Source of the DNA: a virus
DNA length: 64,000 nt
Virus record (IMG/VR): IMGVR_UViG_3300018890_000001
Coordinates: 64,628-128,627 of that record
Reading direction: 5' to 3' (one strand)
A model generated the notes under the pieces. The model ran no database searches, was not told where the DNA came from, and saw nothing but the letters and a program-made list of their open reading frames with translations. Shown here one piece after another: positions 29,588 through 39,682 of the stretch (position 1 is its first letter; each line of letters opens with the position of its first letter). The position numbers and the translations under genes are program-made.

Positions 29588-30544
29588 ATGAATATTGTTT
29601 CGTTGCCAGAATGGAACGCTGTTATCAAGACACCGCTCATTGTATCAACCTATTGGAGCAATGATCTCTTAACGATTGGTAACGGTAGTGCAGAAAAGTT
29701 TGCACTCGATCGCCCAAAAGGAATTTATTATCAAAAACCATACCTAAAAATTGCGACATGGGGCAACCTGTGGACGTTCCGCGAGTACACAGAGTCACAC
29801 ATCACAAGGCAGGTAGACCCCGATTGTGATGCAATCTTCGTACCTAAAAAGTTTGAAGAAACTGGAAACATCGGCAGTAGGGAAATAGCAGGAAATTTTA
29901 TTGCAGCGTCAAAGCTGTCGTGTGTCGTGCAAGTGGATGAGGTATTTACCGTATCCCCGGTTTGGAAACCCGATTGGATTGCAGACGTTGTTCCAGAAGA
30001 CCGCTGCCACGTCAATGGCGTAGCGCTTGACGAGAATGGAAATCTCAAGTACGTCACCGCCCTCGGAACTGGGAACCGCAAAGAAAGTTGGCGAACCGAA
30101 CCCGTTAAAGGCTGTGTTATAGATGTACAGTCCGGGCGGGTGATCGTCGATAATCTACGGATGCCTCATTCACCCAGGACTTATCAAAAACAACTCTGGG
30201 TTTGCGATTCGATGCGTGGCGAACTCTCAATCATTGATGTCAAAGCAAAAAAGCGACAACCGTTTGTTCGTTTTCCCGATTTCGTCCGTGGTTTGGCATT
30301 CTGGGAAGACTGGGCGATCGTCGGATTGTCAAAGATGCGGTACGCCAAAGGGTCTTGGATTAAAGCGGGTGATCGGTGCGGACTTGCTGCTGTAAATTTA
30401 AACACGGCAAATATTGACGCGATTCTAGTGCTTAATTATGATGAAATCTTTGATGTTCAAGTGCTGCCATTTAAAAATCCCAAAATATTAGACCCGCGAG
30501 CTAGTGTATTAGATTCATTATTAATTTTACCTGCGTTTAACTAG
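29588..30544 (+). CDS. TIGR03032/DUF4915 family beta-propeller protein
   Basis: PEDRCHVNG, YVTALG, MPHSPR, FVRGLAF, AIVGLSK. Confidence 0.85.
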   Translation: MNIVSLPEWNAVIKTPLIVSTYWSNDLLTIGNGSAEKFALDRPKGIYYQKPYLKIATWGNLWTFREYTESHITRQVDPDCDAIFVPKKFEETGNIGSREIAGNFIAASKLSCVVQVDEVFTVSPVWKPDWIADVVPEDRCHVNGVALDENGNLKYVTALGTGNRKESWRTEPVKGCVIDVQSGRVIVDNLRMPHSPRTYQKQLWVCDSMRGELSIIDVKAKKRQPFVRFPDFVRGLAFWEDWAIVGLSKMRYAKGSWIKAGDRCGLAAVNLNTANIDAILVLNYDEIFDVQVLPFKNPKILDPRASVLDSLLILPAFN

Positions 30545-30595
30545 ACTTTTTTGTCTAAAAAACATAAAATAAAAATATAGTTTATCCTTCTGGTT

Positions 30596-30931
30596 ATGAA
30601 CGCAACAAAAAAAGTCAAAGCCAAAACGTGGATCGTATGGGCTGAAGAGCTAAATACAAGATCGAAGCACACGTTTGAAGTATACGAGTTCCAGAACGGA
30701 CTAATCATGAGTCCAAACAGCAGTTGTAATGACGAGTGGTTTGCAGTCAGTAGTGAAATCGAAGCAAGCGGGAATTCTGTGATTACAGTCATAGAATCCA
30801 AAGAAACCGAAGTGGAATTTAGTGAAAAAGAATTGATCGATTCATTCCTTGGTGCTGGCGGAGAATGGGGGTTTGGTGACTTACCAATTCAAAAATTCTT
30901 AGAACTACTGCTTGTTTTTTACGAAAACTAA
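30596..30931 (+). CDS. hypothetical protein (family with 31493 and 48443)
   Basis: KKVKAK...YEFQNGLI. Confidence 0.7.
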   Translation: MNATKKVKAKTWIVWAEELNTRSKHTFEVYEFQNGLIMSPNSSCNDEWFAVSSEIEASGNSVITVIESKETEVEFSEKELIDSFLGAGGEWGFGDLPIQKFLELLLVFYEN

Positions 30932-31030
30932 CAATTCATCTGCAAGACACGTTCTAAAAATGTACTAACTCAAAAAACCGGATTATCTTATTTTGAGATA
31001 ATCCGGTTTTTATTGGGTACTGCAATCAAT

Positions 31031-31070
31031 TAGACAAATTTAATTAGCCATATTATAATAGTAAAGTAGT
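31031..31070 (+). promoter_or_regulatory. promoter TAGACA-N17-TATAAT-N6-GTAGT (example of the recurrent class)
   Basis: Direct sequence match. Confidence 0.75.
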
Positions 31071-31091
31071 CGATATTTCAGGTAAAAATCA

Positions 31092-31406
31092 ATGACAACT
31101 CCAAATACAAAACCCATTGTTTGTAGCACTCATGCACTTATCAGCGTCGAGGACGGTGTGCAGTATTTTGCAGTACCCGAAGATTATGTAACATTCCCCA
31201 AACAAGTAATGTGGGTTGCATTAGGTGACAAGGTGAAGTGTTGGATCGAAGTGTTTTCTGTGGGTTCAGATGACTCCGAAGGTATTAACGACTTCAGTGA
31301 AGACCTAGAAGTTACCGTCAATATCGATAGTTCTTTTTTTCCGCCAAGTACACCAAACTGGGCAATTGTAAATTGGCGTTGGTTTACGCTCTTGACTGAT
31401 AGCTAA
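31092..31406 (+). CDS. hypothetical protein
   Basis: Own promoter. Confidence 0.7.
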   Translation: MTTPNTKPIVCSTHALISVEDGVQYFAVPEDYVTFPKQVMWVALGDKVKCWIEVFSVGSDDSEGINDFSEDLEVTVNIDSSFFPPSTPNWAIVNWRWFTLLTDS

Positions 31407-31492
31407 TTAACGCATCAAAACGACTGCGTATATCTAATAGATATATGCGGTCGTTTTCTGTATAATAGATTTGTGGTCTCGGTATTCTCAAA

Positions 31493-31828
31493 ATGAATAG
31501 CAAAAAAATAAAAGCCAAATCATTAACTATCACGATCAAAGCGCACGATGGTGGCGAACACGCGGTTTTTGGGTACAAATTTACCAACAAGCTCATTTTA
31601 ATCCCTGGTGTAGAAGATGACCCCGATATATTTTTTGAGAGTCTTGGGGTTTTAAAATTATCGACTTCAAAGGGTGCTACCGTTTCAGTAGAAGAAGGAT
31701 TAGAATTGGAAATGACTGAATCGGATCTACTTAATTCGGTCATGAAGATAATGGTGAAGAATGGTAGTCGCTGCATTCCAATGGAGCGCATTCTTCACTT
31801 ACTGTGGCAAGTTCATTCTTCCGATTAA
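31493..31828 (+). CDS. hypothetical protein (family with 30596 and 48443)
   Basis: KKIKAK...YKFTNKLILIP. Confidence 0.7.
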   Translation: MNSKKIKAKSLTITIKAHDGGEHAVFGYKFTNKLILIPGVEDDPDIFFESLGVLKLSTSKGATVSVEEGLELEMTESDLLNSVMKIMVKNGSRCIPMERILHLLWQVHSSD

Positions 31829-31932
31829 TTTCTGTAAAGAAGTTGAAAAAACCAAGTTATTCAGTGCGAACTAACTTGGTTTTTTCGTTTCGATCGCTCG
31901 CACCAATGCTTACTTGCTAAGATACGTGCAAA

Positions 31933-32667
31933 TTGAATTCAGGAGTTTACCAAATGGATATACCAAGTACGTTCGAGATATTGAAACAAATTGCTATCAA
32001 AGAGGGTGTTTACAAGGAAGGTGATACCGAAATCACATTACAAAGAAAGCTTAGGCCGAAGCGCCATCAGGGAATGCAAACACGATATTTATTTGACAAA
32101 AACGAAAGTCCGAAAAATCTACCACCGCGCCCTCATGAATTTAGCTGTATCACAACTTGCGCTTTGAGGTATGCACATAACAGCACTGATGTGCAGGCGA
32201 CTGGCTTCTGCATTGATGCCACGATGAAAAACTGGAACTGGTTATCAAGTCAAGATAAAGCTGTTTTGCGTCGGGATACCGAAGAGGCTCTCGAAATGTC
32301 TCGTCGATATCGCGAGATAACAGGAAACTATGAAGTTGCATTTTTGTGTGCATTCGAGGAATGGGAAGCGTTTGATCGCTGGTTAACTGACTCAGAGCAG
32401 CAGGTAGTTTATCCACCCAAAGGCGAAGTGTACGGAGTGGGATTACTGACAGTTTACGCTCTGCGTTACTGCGTAGGTCGCCAGACTTATATGCCTAGTC
32501 TGATCGCGGATGCTACCAAAAAGAACTGGCATTTACTCAACAGAGTTGACCGTCGGACGATTCAGCAAGATACGATTGGGGCGATCGCCACCCGACATTT
32601 GGGTGCAACGTGCGATCGGGAAACCTGGCTAGGGTTTAATGAGTGGGTTGCCACACAGATGAAATAA
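31933..32667 (+). CDS. hypothetical phage protein with duplicated ALRY domain
   Basis: CALRY...DATMKNW vs YALRYCVGR.TYMPS...DATKKNW. Confidence 0.7.
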   Translation: MNSGVYQMDIPSTFEILKQIAIKEGVYKEGDTEITLQRKLRPKRHQGMQTRYLFDKNESPKNLPPRPHEFSCITTCALRYAHNSTDVQATGFCIDATMKNWNWLSSQDKAVLRRDTEEALEMSRRYREITGNYEVAFLCAFEEWEAFDRWLTDSEQQVVYPPKGEVYGVGLLTVYALRYCVGRQTYMPSLIADATKKNWHLLNRVDRRTIQQDTIGAIATRHLGATCDRETWLGFNEWVATQMK

Positions 32668-32714
32668 AAAAAAGACCGTCCGAGACTAATCGGACGGTCT
32701 TTTTTTTAACTAAA

Positions 32715-33421
32715 TTAGTTCACTGGCGGCGGAACCAGATTTGAAACAGTCGAGTTAACTGCCCGCAGTGGTCGTGGCTCGTCGCTCGGTTTGGCTACCA
32801 ACCGCAGGTTGATTATGACTTGGCGACCGTAATCGCGATCAATAGCTCCAGCCCTACCGAACTTCTGGTCCGATCGCCCACTCAATCCGGTGCCACCGGC
32901 ATTGCGCGTATTCAGGTTGACGCTTTGCCCACCAGCACCACCTCGTGAACCAGACGAGAAGCTCTCCTGCTGCCAGTCGCCTCCCTTCATTGCTCCACCA
33001 CCTTTGGCACCAGAGTAGGATCTAGTAGTGTCAATCGCAGAGATACCATGATGTTGGGTTTCTCTGGGATGAACGTAATTTTGACTAAACCTAAATCTGA
33101 ACGGGCGATCTCACTCAAGCCGACCTTCTGCGCTTCACGGGAACCGATTTCGTAGAAGGTGAACTTCCCTGTATCATCTGCCGGATGCTCAAGTGTTGCT
33201 GTTTGATAAGACGCTAGTCGCCAACCACCAACTTCCTTGCCGTCGATCTCAATAATTACGTCATTGGCTTCATCGGTGTGATTTTTCAAAAAAATATGAT
33301 AGACATCCCCATGTTGCAGATAAACGTATCCATGCTCATCTTCATGCGGATGATGCCCGTCAGCACCCCATCCCGTAGGAATTGATCCAAGAATTCGAGC
33401 TTCTTTTTGAGCTAAGCGCAT
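32715..33421 (-). pseudogene. conserved hypothetical gene split by a -1 frameshift near 33055-33065
   Basis: IDGKEVGGWRL...TGKFTF continues in the other frame as TRSYSGAKGGGAMKGG...AGGTGLSG.S.Q.F. Confidence 0.65.
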
Positions 33422-33526
33422 AACAAACCTCAATGTATTTTTATCAATATAACACACATTCGTGTTATACAACAAAGCCAATCACTTATTTTGTACGAGT
33501 GATTGGTTTTGTTGTATAAAATTGAA

Positions 33527-33970
33527 TTATTGTTTTGGTTCCGAATCAGGTAGCTTTTCGATCTGCTCTGGAGTTTCTGGCAGTTCTGCTGACGGTGGCT
33601 GACCGGCTAAATGAGTTTCCGACGTGGGAATAGGTTCCGGAGCTGATCCTCCAGAAGCTTCAGGAGCCGGGACAGGTATTAAGTCTTTGGGCAAGAGTGC
33701 CGGAGCATCCAACACGTAAGGATCTTGGGGCGTTACGTTAGCTCCCGACTGTGGTGCTGCTGTATCGACTTGGACTGTGGGAATCGATGACGGTAAATCC
33801 ACAGCAAGTGCTGTTTCACCGGGCTGCTGGTATGCGGGTAGTCCGTGCACGATCGGCGCTACAGGAACTGGAGTTGCCGGAACTTCGGCATGGGGCATAT
33901 CCGGAGTCGTTTCTTCAGGCTGTGCTGCCTGTACGGGATCTTTTTCTGACTTCTGCTCTTCTTCAGGCAT
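33527..33970 (-). CDS. Pro/Glu/Ala-rich low-complexity protein
   Basis: 147 aa, biased composition. Confidence 0.6.
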   Translation of the reverse strand: MPEEEQKSEKDPVQAAQPEETTPDMPHAEVPATPVPVAPIVHGLPAYQQPGETALAVDLPSSIPTVQVDTAAPQSGANVTPQDPYVLDAPALLPKDLIPVPAPEASGGSAPEPIPTSETHLAGQPPSAELPETPEQIEKLPDSEPKQ

Positions 33971-34146
33971 GAATTTTTACCAAAATTTTGAAAGGGAGCG
34001 ATCAAATTATACGTTAAGACGTGACCGCCACTTCAGCGCCTTTGGGCTGAGGAATATCAAATCGGTTGCGGGCGATTGGCAGACTCGACTGACTAGCAAA
34101 AAAAATAACCCGCCCTCAATGGAGAACGGGTCTAAAGTCAAGCTAT

Positions 34147-34419
34147 TCAGTACGTTACTGAGGGTGTGATTTGATGGAGTCTTTTGAACTCCCTTTCGTC
34201 AGCCTTAGTAGTTGGCGCAAACAGATGTGGATTATCAAGCTGAACAGCGTATAACGCCGCTTTAAATAACCACCAACTTTGTTCGTCTAGCGGACGATCA
34301 GAATCCAAACCCATATCTACGTACTGCTTGACCTTCTTTTCGATTAAAACCTGCAACAAAGCGAAAGTTTCTTCGGCTCGCGAAGCAACTTGTTTTTGCA
34401 CTTCTTGTTGTGAAAGCAT
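34147..34419 (-). CDS. hypothetical protein
   Basis: Promoter TTGACA-N17-TATGAT-N6-GTAGT. Confidence 0.75.
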   Translation of the reverse strand: MLSQQEVQKQVASRAEETFALLQVLIEKKVKQYVDMGLDSDRPLDEQSWWLFKAALYAVQLDNPHLFAPTTKADEREFKRLHQITPSVTY

Positions 34420-34480
34420 AATTGATTAATTTGCGACTACAAAATTATCATATCAAGGCAACAAGAAAGTGTCAAGCAAA

Positions 34481-34690
34481 TTATGGGCGATCAAAAACAC
34501 GCTCTTCTTCTGGTGCGAACCGATCGCCCGCAGCACCAATACTTTCTCCGCCAAGTCCGATACGCAGCTCGTTATGAGTAATCGCGCCAATGCGGTACAG
34601 CGTATTCATTTTTACTAAATGAGCCATTTCCGCTTCACTTAATAACCGAGATTGCGAAAGCGATTGCAGTTTGTCAAATATTGATTTCAT
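34481..34690 (-). CDS. small protein resembling the portal C-terminal segment
   Basis: ITHNELRIGLGGESIGAAGDRF vs portal ATRNEMRLATGLQPIGPAGDKF. Confidence 0.6.
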   Translation of the reverse strand: MKSIFDKLQSLSQSRLLSEAEMAHLVKMNTLYRIGAITHNELRIGLGGESIGAAGDRFAPEEERVFDRP

Positions 34691-34694
34691 ATTT

Positions 34695-35891
34695 TTAAGC
34701 AGGAATTACTTCTAAACTCGACTGTACCTCGAACAATGTCCACGGGTTGACTTCTATCTCGGAGAGCGGTTGCCCTGTGAACGAGTTTTTCAATTCAGTC
34801 TTCGGCACCGAATAAATACCTTCAGCTTTTTCGAGCTCACTGGCAAGCGTCTTATGAAATTCGAGATCTCCCCAAATCCCAAAAGGTGGATTGATCGCAT
34901 CGACGATCGTCTGGGCAACAAGGTTAAACCGCTGCTGCTGTGTCAAATCCCGCACAAAACCGACAGTTACTTTGCCGTCGATTGGAATGATTTCTGCCGC
35001 CCTGAATTCCAAAGGTTGTGATTCCATCGCCAGCGGGCGTGTTTTCTCTTCAACGACAGCGACCTGCTGTTCAGGCCAAACGGCAACGGTCACTAAATCG
35101 GTCCAGTGTCCGACAGTTCCGTACTGAGATGAGAGCACCAAAGTTTTCTTGCTACCAAATTCTTGAGCAGCCAAGTAGTAATCTTCTTTATTGACGACGC
35201 GCCCGATTTGGGCGGAAGTAAGATTTGGTGCATTACCGCGTCGGAATCTGTTGCGCGCTCTGATCATCATGTCGATTAGCGTTTCGCGATCGCGCCCTTC
35301 AGAAACAGCAGTTCCATCGTTCGCGACTCCAGATACGTTTGCCAGTAGTCTGGGTAAAACAGAAAACTCACCGGGGATTAAACCAGGGAGTGTACCAAGT
35401 CGGTTGATCCTGGCCGGTACAACTTTGAACTCGTCCGATCCGAATATGCGATCTTCTTTAATCGTGTAAGCGGCCAACGTGTTGTCACGAGAACTCCGCA
35501 CTTCCATGTTGTAAGGAATATCGACCGCGAGTCCAGATCGCATCGCATCAGTCGATCGCCGAAACACTAAATTAATTACTGGATATTCGGCTAACTGCCG
35601 CTCTACGCCAAGCATCCGAAACATCTGCACCCACTCCCAGTCGGGTTTTAGATTCAGTTCATATGCCAGATACTGCATCTGGGCGATCGTTGCCGACGCC
35701 AATATAACGTGCCCTGCTCCGGGTGCCATTGAAGAAAACGGAGAAGGTTCGCCACTGGGTAGTGGTTGTGCCAGTTGGTTTACGTAATTTGCGAGTTGCT
35801 GACTTGGATCGTAATCCCAAAGCTTGTCCGCTTCAATTAAATTCGCTTCAGATTCGAGGCGACGCATTAACTCGAAGTGTTCATCGTACAT
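34695..35891 (-). CDS. baseplate J/gp47-like wedge protein
   Basis: MLGVER..AEY..L.F; EGRDRET..M..RA; RVVNKEDY..AA. Confidence 0.8.
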   Translation of the reverse strand: MYDEHFELMRRLESEANLIEADKLWDYDPSQQLANYVNQLAQPLPSGEPSPFSSMAPGAGHVILASATIAQMQYLAYELNLKPDWEWVQMFRMLGVERQLAEYPVINLVFRRSTDAMRSGLAVDIPYNMEVRSSRDNTLAAYTIKEDRIFGSDEFKVVPARINRLGTLPGLIPGEFSVLPRLLANVSGVANDGTAVSEGRDRETLIDMMIRARNRFRRGNAPNLTSAQIGRVVNKEDYYLAAQEFGSKKTLVLSSQYGTVGHWTDLVTVAVWPEQQVAVVEEKTRPLAMESQPLEFRAAEIIPIDGKVTVGFVRDLTQQQRFNLVAQTIVDAINPPFGIWGDLEFHKTLASELEKAEGIYSVPKTELKNSFTGQPLSEIEVNPWTLFEVQSSLEVIPA

Positions 35892-36142
35892 AATATATAG
35901 TTGAGGTTGTTAATGCCTATGGGTATTAAAAGTCGTATAGGAAGTCCACAAAGAAACCGCAAGCAATTACGAACAGCACAAAGTAGGGCCAGCCACCAGT
36001 CGTCGTACTCCTCCTTGTATTTAATTAGGCAAATATCGTCGCACCCAAAATACTTGGAGAGTACCAGGTTTCCCCAAACAACAACCAGGATGTTGTAGGC
36101 GATTAGCACTGAGAGTCTGTGTGCGACAACAAAATTAGACAT
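35867..36142 (-). CDS. small hydrophobic protein
   Basis: Promoter TAAACT-N6-GTAGT; hydrophobic segments. Confidence 0.55.
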   Translation of the reverse strand: MSNFVVAHRLSVLIAYNILVVVWGNLVLSKYFGCDDICLIKYKEEYDDWWLALLCAVRNCLRFLCGLPIRLLIPIGINNLNYILCTMNTSS

Positions 36143-36236
36143 ACTTGCATATCTTGAGACTACAATGCGAGTTTAACACTATGGACTTGATCGCCCCCTT
36201 GTTACGCTAAAAGCGTGATCGCCGGAAAATCAACGT

Positions 36237-36542
36237 ATGAATATCGAGCTAACTCCAGAGCAGGTTGAGTTTATCGAACGCGCGCTTGCCAGTGGACAGT
36301 ACGGAAGCGTTGAGGAAGTATTGTCTCAAATTGTGGCGATCGGAATGAAGGAAGTTACGCAGCAAGTTGACCGAGAAACCGAACTGCGAAGCTCAAAAGA
36401 ACTTTATGCACCGGCGCTTGCGCAAAATTCGTGTGAAGATACGGAGCTTACCAGTGAGTACGAGGAATTTGTGAAAGCAATGGCTGAAGCTAGGGGGCGA
36501 TCGAAAAGCTTACGAGCTTGCTTTGGGGAATTGATTGAATAG
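36237..36542 (+). CDS. ParD-like (CC2985/ribbon-helix-helix) antitoxin
   Basis: MNIELTPEQVEFIERALASGQYGSVEEVL. Confidence 0.75.
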   Translation: MNIELTPEQVEFIERALASGQYGSVEEVLSQIVAIGMKEVTQQVDRETELRSSKELYAPALAQNSCEDTELTSEYEEFVKAMAEARGRSKSLRACFGELIE

Positions 36543-36575
36543 TCGATCACCCGAAACTCCTATTATTTACACCTT

Positions 36576-37646
36576 TCAGAACGGTAGTACCGCATCCAAC
36601 GCCCACGGGGGTGCCATTTCCGACAACCACAGTTCCGTCTTACCAAGTTGTTCTTCCCACCAGACGATCGCCCGCTCAGTTTTCTCCATCGCCCACGCGG
36701 GCACTGTAACCGAAGCTTCTTTCTCAACTTTGACGCGCTCTGCCGGCGGTACTTTCATAGATCTTCTAACCATCGTTGCCAGTGGAATCGTCGCCACAAT
36801 CTTTTCGACCAGCAATGCCAAACCACCTGAGACGATAATTTCTGGTTCTACAAGATCGAAGGTTTCAGTAGCTAGGATTTCTTCGGGTGGGCGATCGGGT
36901 TGTTCTTCTTGGAGTTTCTCGAAAGCTTGCTCTGCCTGCAACATTTTATAGTTGGTGTTGACGATTTGAACTACATCCGGCAGCGGGCGATCGGCGATCG
37001 GTTCAGTGCGACGACCCCAGCGAGCAATGCCCTTAAACACCATGTTGAACAGTGCGACTAGCGTGTACGCCTTATGCTCTGGGAGGGATTTCGATTCGTC
37101 GCGTACTGTCGGGTAGTTCCCGTTTCCAATTTCTTTCGACCAGTCCAAACGCATTTCTTCGAGGCTGTAGTGTTCCAGCAAGATTAATTCACAGCGCTCT
37201 GCCAGAATTAACGCAGCTACAGCATCAAAATTAGTCATCACGTTGGGCTGCTTATTGCGATTCTTGGGGATTTTGCGGGATTCGTGGCGATCTTCGAGAT
37301 TGTAGAGCTTGAAGGTTTCGCTCAGATCGTGTCGCACCTTGTCAACAGTACCCTTTGCTGTATGACAATAACCTTCCCAGTGCGCAGACAGGTACGTCAT
37401 GATACCTTCCATCTTTACCGGAACCGCCAAGGGCTGCACCAGATCGTTGATATTTTTCTGGTCGTAGTCCCGCAATCCCTTGCTACCATGCTTGCCGCTG
37501 ATTACTTTTACCTGGCGACCGGCTACATACAAGGCATGATTGAGGATTCCAAAAATTGTGAAAATCTTTGTAATGCTTTTCCCGTTTAGCTTTGCGTCGA
37601 ATTCTTGGGAAAGAGCATTGATCTCTTGCTCGGTTCTTGCTATCAT
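36576..37646 (-). CDS. hypothetical protein
   Basis: 356-aa ORF; C-terminus duplicated at 39395-39673. Confidence 0.75.
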   Translation of the reverse strand: MIARTEQEINALSQEFDAKLNGKSITKIFTIFGILNHALYVAGRQVKVISGKHGSKGLRDYDQKNINDLVQPLAVPVKMEGIMTYLSAHWEGYCHTAKGTVDKVRHDLSETFKLYNLEDRHESRKIPKNRNKQPNVMTNFDAVAALILAERCELILLEHYSLEEMRLDWSKEIGNGNYPTVRDESKSLPEHKAYTLVALFNMVFKGIARWGRRTEPIADRPLPDVVQIVNTNYKMLQAEQAFEKLQEEQPDRPPEEILATETFDLVEPEIIVSGGLALLVEKIVATIPLATMVRRSMKVPPAERVKVEKEASVTVPAWAMEKTERAIVWWEEQLGKTELWLSEMAPPWALDAVLPF

Positions 37647-37825
37647 GTTGTTAATTAAATGAATATTACTTGGACTGCCCGATACCTTTAACGAGGTCGG
37701 GCTATTTTTTTGAGCGTATCCTGAAAACCTGCGGTAGTTGTCTACCTGTATATAGGGTACACCAGGGTTTAAATTGATGCAATTAGGTATAAATACGTAT
37801 TTAACGATTTTGCGTCGTTTCAGCG

Positions 37826-37951
37826 ATTGACCACTTAAACATCTTCAATCCGTTTTGGATTTTCTTTATTTCTTACTCTTTTGTTTTTGGACAAAATTTT
37901 AACAAAGAAGAAAAACACCTTTGCAAGCTTAAGGATGTTTAAGTGGTCAAT
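37826..37951. repeat. 18-bp perfect inverted repeat around a 90-bp AT-rich spacer
   Basis: ATTGACCACTTAAACATC (37826-37843) / GATGTTTAAGTGGTCAAT (37934-37951). Confidence 0.9.
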
Positions 37952-38072
37952 TTGGTTTTAAGCGAACCCAACAGCATTAAAACGGACACAGCTTTAGGTT
38001 GCGGACTCTACAGTTTGGGATGGGCGGGCGATCGATTGTTATCATAAAACCACTGTCACCGGAAAATTAACA

Positions 38073-38258
38073 ATGAATATTGAACTAACACAAGAGCAGG
38101 TTGAATTTGTAGAACTTACCATAGCTAGCGGACAGTACGAAAGTGTTGAGCAAGTTGCAATTCAGGTTTGGGCGATTGGGATGAAGGAAGTCATCAAGTC
38201 GATCGCCCGAGAAGTCGAACTACAACACTTGCGAGAGCGTCACGAAACTTATCGATGA
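38073..38258 (+). CDS. ParD-like antitoxin paralog
   Basis: MNIELTQEQVEFVELTIASGQYESVEQV; leader similar to that of 36237. Confidence 0.7.
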   Translation: MNIELTQEQVEFVELTIASGQYESVEQVAIQVWAIGMKEVIKSIAREVELQHLRERHETYR

Positions 38259-38271
38259 GAAAGGGAAGAAG

Positions 38272-38555
38272 ATGGCAGACACCCCAAAATTTCTGTAAAT
38301 TTTAAAAATACTGATGAACGCGGGCGTATTTATCTAAACAGCCCATGTACACTTGGAGATTTGTACGATCAGGGTGTCGATCTAATTGATGGTATGATGC
38401 TGATAGTGTGCGATCAAGGAGTAGAAATCGAGGGTGTTGTCGAATACTCAGAAAAAGATGCGTATTATGTTGCGGTAGTTAATTGGGACGGTGTTAACGT
38501 AAATCGCGATTTTCCTGAGCAGCATCGATTTTTTTTACAGGTCGCCAAACCATAG
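38272..38555 (+). pseudogene. conserved hypothetical gene with a one-base deletion at the A4 run 38286-38289
   Basis: Restoring one A gives MADTPKISVNFKNTDERGRIYLN...VEIEGVVEYS. Confidence 0.55.
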
Positions 38556-38625
38556 AGGAAGTTAAGACAGCATAAAAAACAAAATCCCCTCAAGTTTTTT
38601 AATCTTGAGGGGGTTTTGTTTTTTA

Positions 38626-38946
38626 TTAAGGTTGTGGAAAATCAGTTACGATTTCAACGGTAACATCTATTTCTTGACCTACAGCGTCCGCGACCATGCT
38701 CTGTGTGGATGTTTGATAGCTTTCGCAAATTCCGGTGAACCGTAGCGTTTTGGGCTGTCCGGGTCTTGAAATTAATCTTAGATCCCTGGTATTTAGCCAG
38801 AAATCAGATGCTATATTCCCGCCTTCGAGAAAGTATATTGTCTCTTCAGGTGTTACTGTCACGCTGCTTACGTCTACATATAATTTTTGGTCTTTTTCAA
38901 CTTCTTTAATCATTGTGCGACTTGCGATGCTGATTTGTAATTTCAT
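38626..38946 (-). CDS. hypothetical protein
   Basis: 106 aa, hairpin at 38577-38622. Confidence 0.65.
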   Translation of the reverse strand: MKLQISIASRTMIKEVEKDQKLYVDVSSVTVTPEETIYFLEGGNIASDFWLNTRDLRLISRPGQPKTLRFTGICESYQTSTQSMVADAVGQEIDVTVEIVTDFPQP

Positions 38947-39070
38947 TGTATTACGCTATTGGTTGATAATTAATTATACAATTTTAAATAAATTAACACA
39001 AGTATTTTCGATCGCCCACCACATTATTTGTTATACTGAGTCTGTAATTACGTATGTCGAGGAATCTCAA

Positions 39071-39367
39071 ATGAATATTTTGTTAACACCAAAACAGGAA
39101 GTTTTCGTTCAATTGCAGATTCAAGGTGGAGAATACGAAAACGTAGATCAAGTGATCGAAGCTGCGTTATTGCTTTTGCAACAGCGTCATCAGTCCCTTG
39201 ATAGTATTCGTCAAAAAATAGAGCTTGGGGCTGCTCAAATTCCTTTGGGTCAAACTACCGATGGTGCGCAGGTATCCGATCGCCCGCAACAAAAGTTGGA
39301 TAGTGGGCGATCGCGACTGTCCCTCGAAGAAATGCGGAAAATGATAGGCACGGATAAGCCTGCCTGA
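39071..39367 (+). CDS. ParD-like antitoxin paralog
   Basis: MNILLTPKQEVFVQLQIQGGEYENVDQVIEAALLLL...IRQKIELG; GAGG RBS. Confidence 0.8.
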   Translation: MNILLTPKQEVFVQLQIQGGEYENVDQVIEAALLLLQQRHQSLDSIRQKIELGAAQIPLGQTTDGAQVSDRPQQKLDSGRSRLSLEEMRKMIGTDKPA

Positions 39368-39394
39368 GTTGCTGTAGCGTTAGCTTGGGGCGTC

Positions 39395-39673
39395 GTGTTA
39401 GTTTTCGTCGATCGCCCGGGCATCAGGAATTCCTCTAAGCAAATCTCGATCGCCAGCGCTTTAATCCAATGCTGTATGAGAGTGCCTGCCCAGAAGTCTG
39501 TCAAAAAAGAGAAAGTGTTGACAGTTCCGGTGTGGACGATCCTCTCCGAGGGCTTCGCTAACGAACAATCCGAGCGGGCGATCGTTTGGTGGGAAGAAAG
39601 GATCGAAAATTCAGGACTGTGGTTATCTCAACTTGCGCTTCCGTGGGTTTGGGATGCCGTTTTACCGTTTTAA
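39395..39673 (+). pseudogene. C-terminal fragment paralogous to 36576-37646, carrying a 7-aa SDR insertion
   Basis: TVPVWTI[LSEGFAN]EQSERAIVWWEE...DAVLPF vs TVPAWAMEKTERAIVWWEE...DAVLPF. Confidence 0.7.
39542..39562 (+). mobile_element. 21-nt SDR-like element, copy 3
   Basis: ACGATC|CTCTCCGAGGGCTTCGCTAAC|G; absent from the paralog. Confidence 0.85.
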
Positions 39674-39682
39674 GGAGATCTT

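Noticed and set aside
38735-39070. First ~110 aa of the 210-aa ORF
   Set aside because: Antisense to 38626-38946; the real start with RBS is at 39071.
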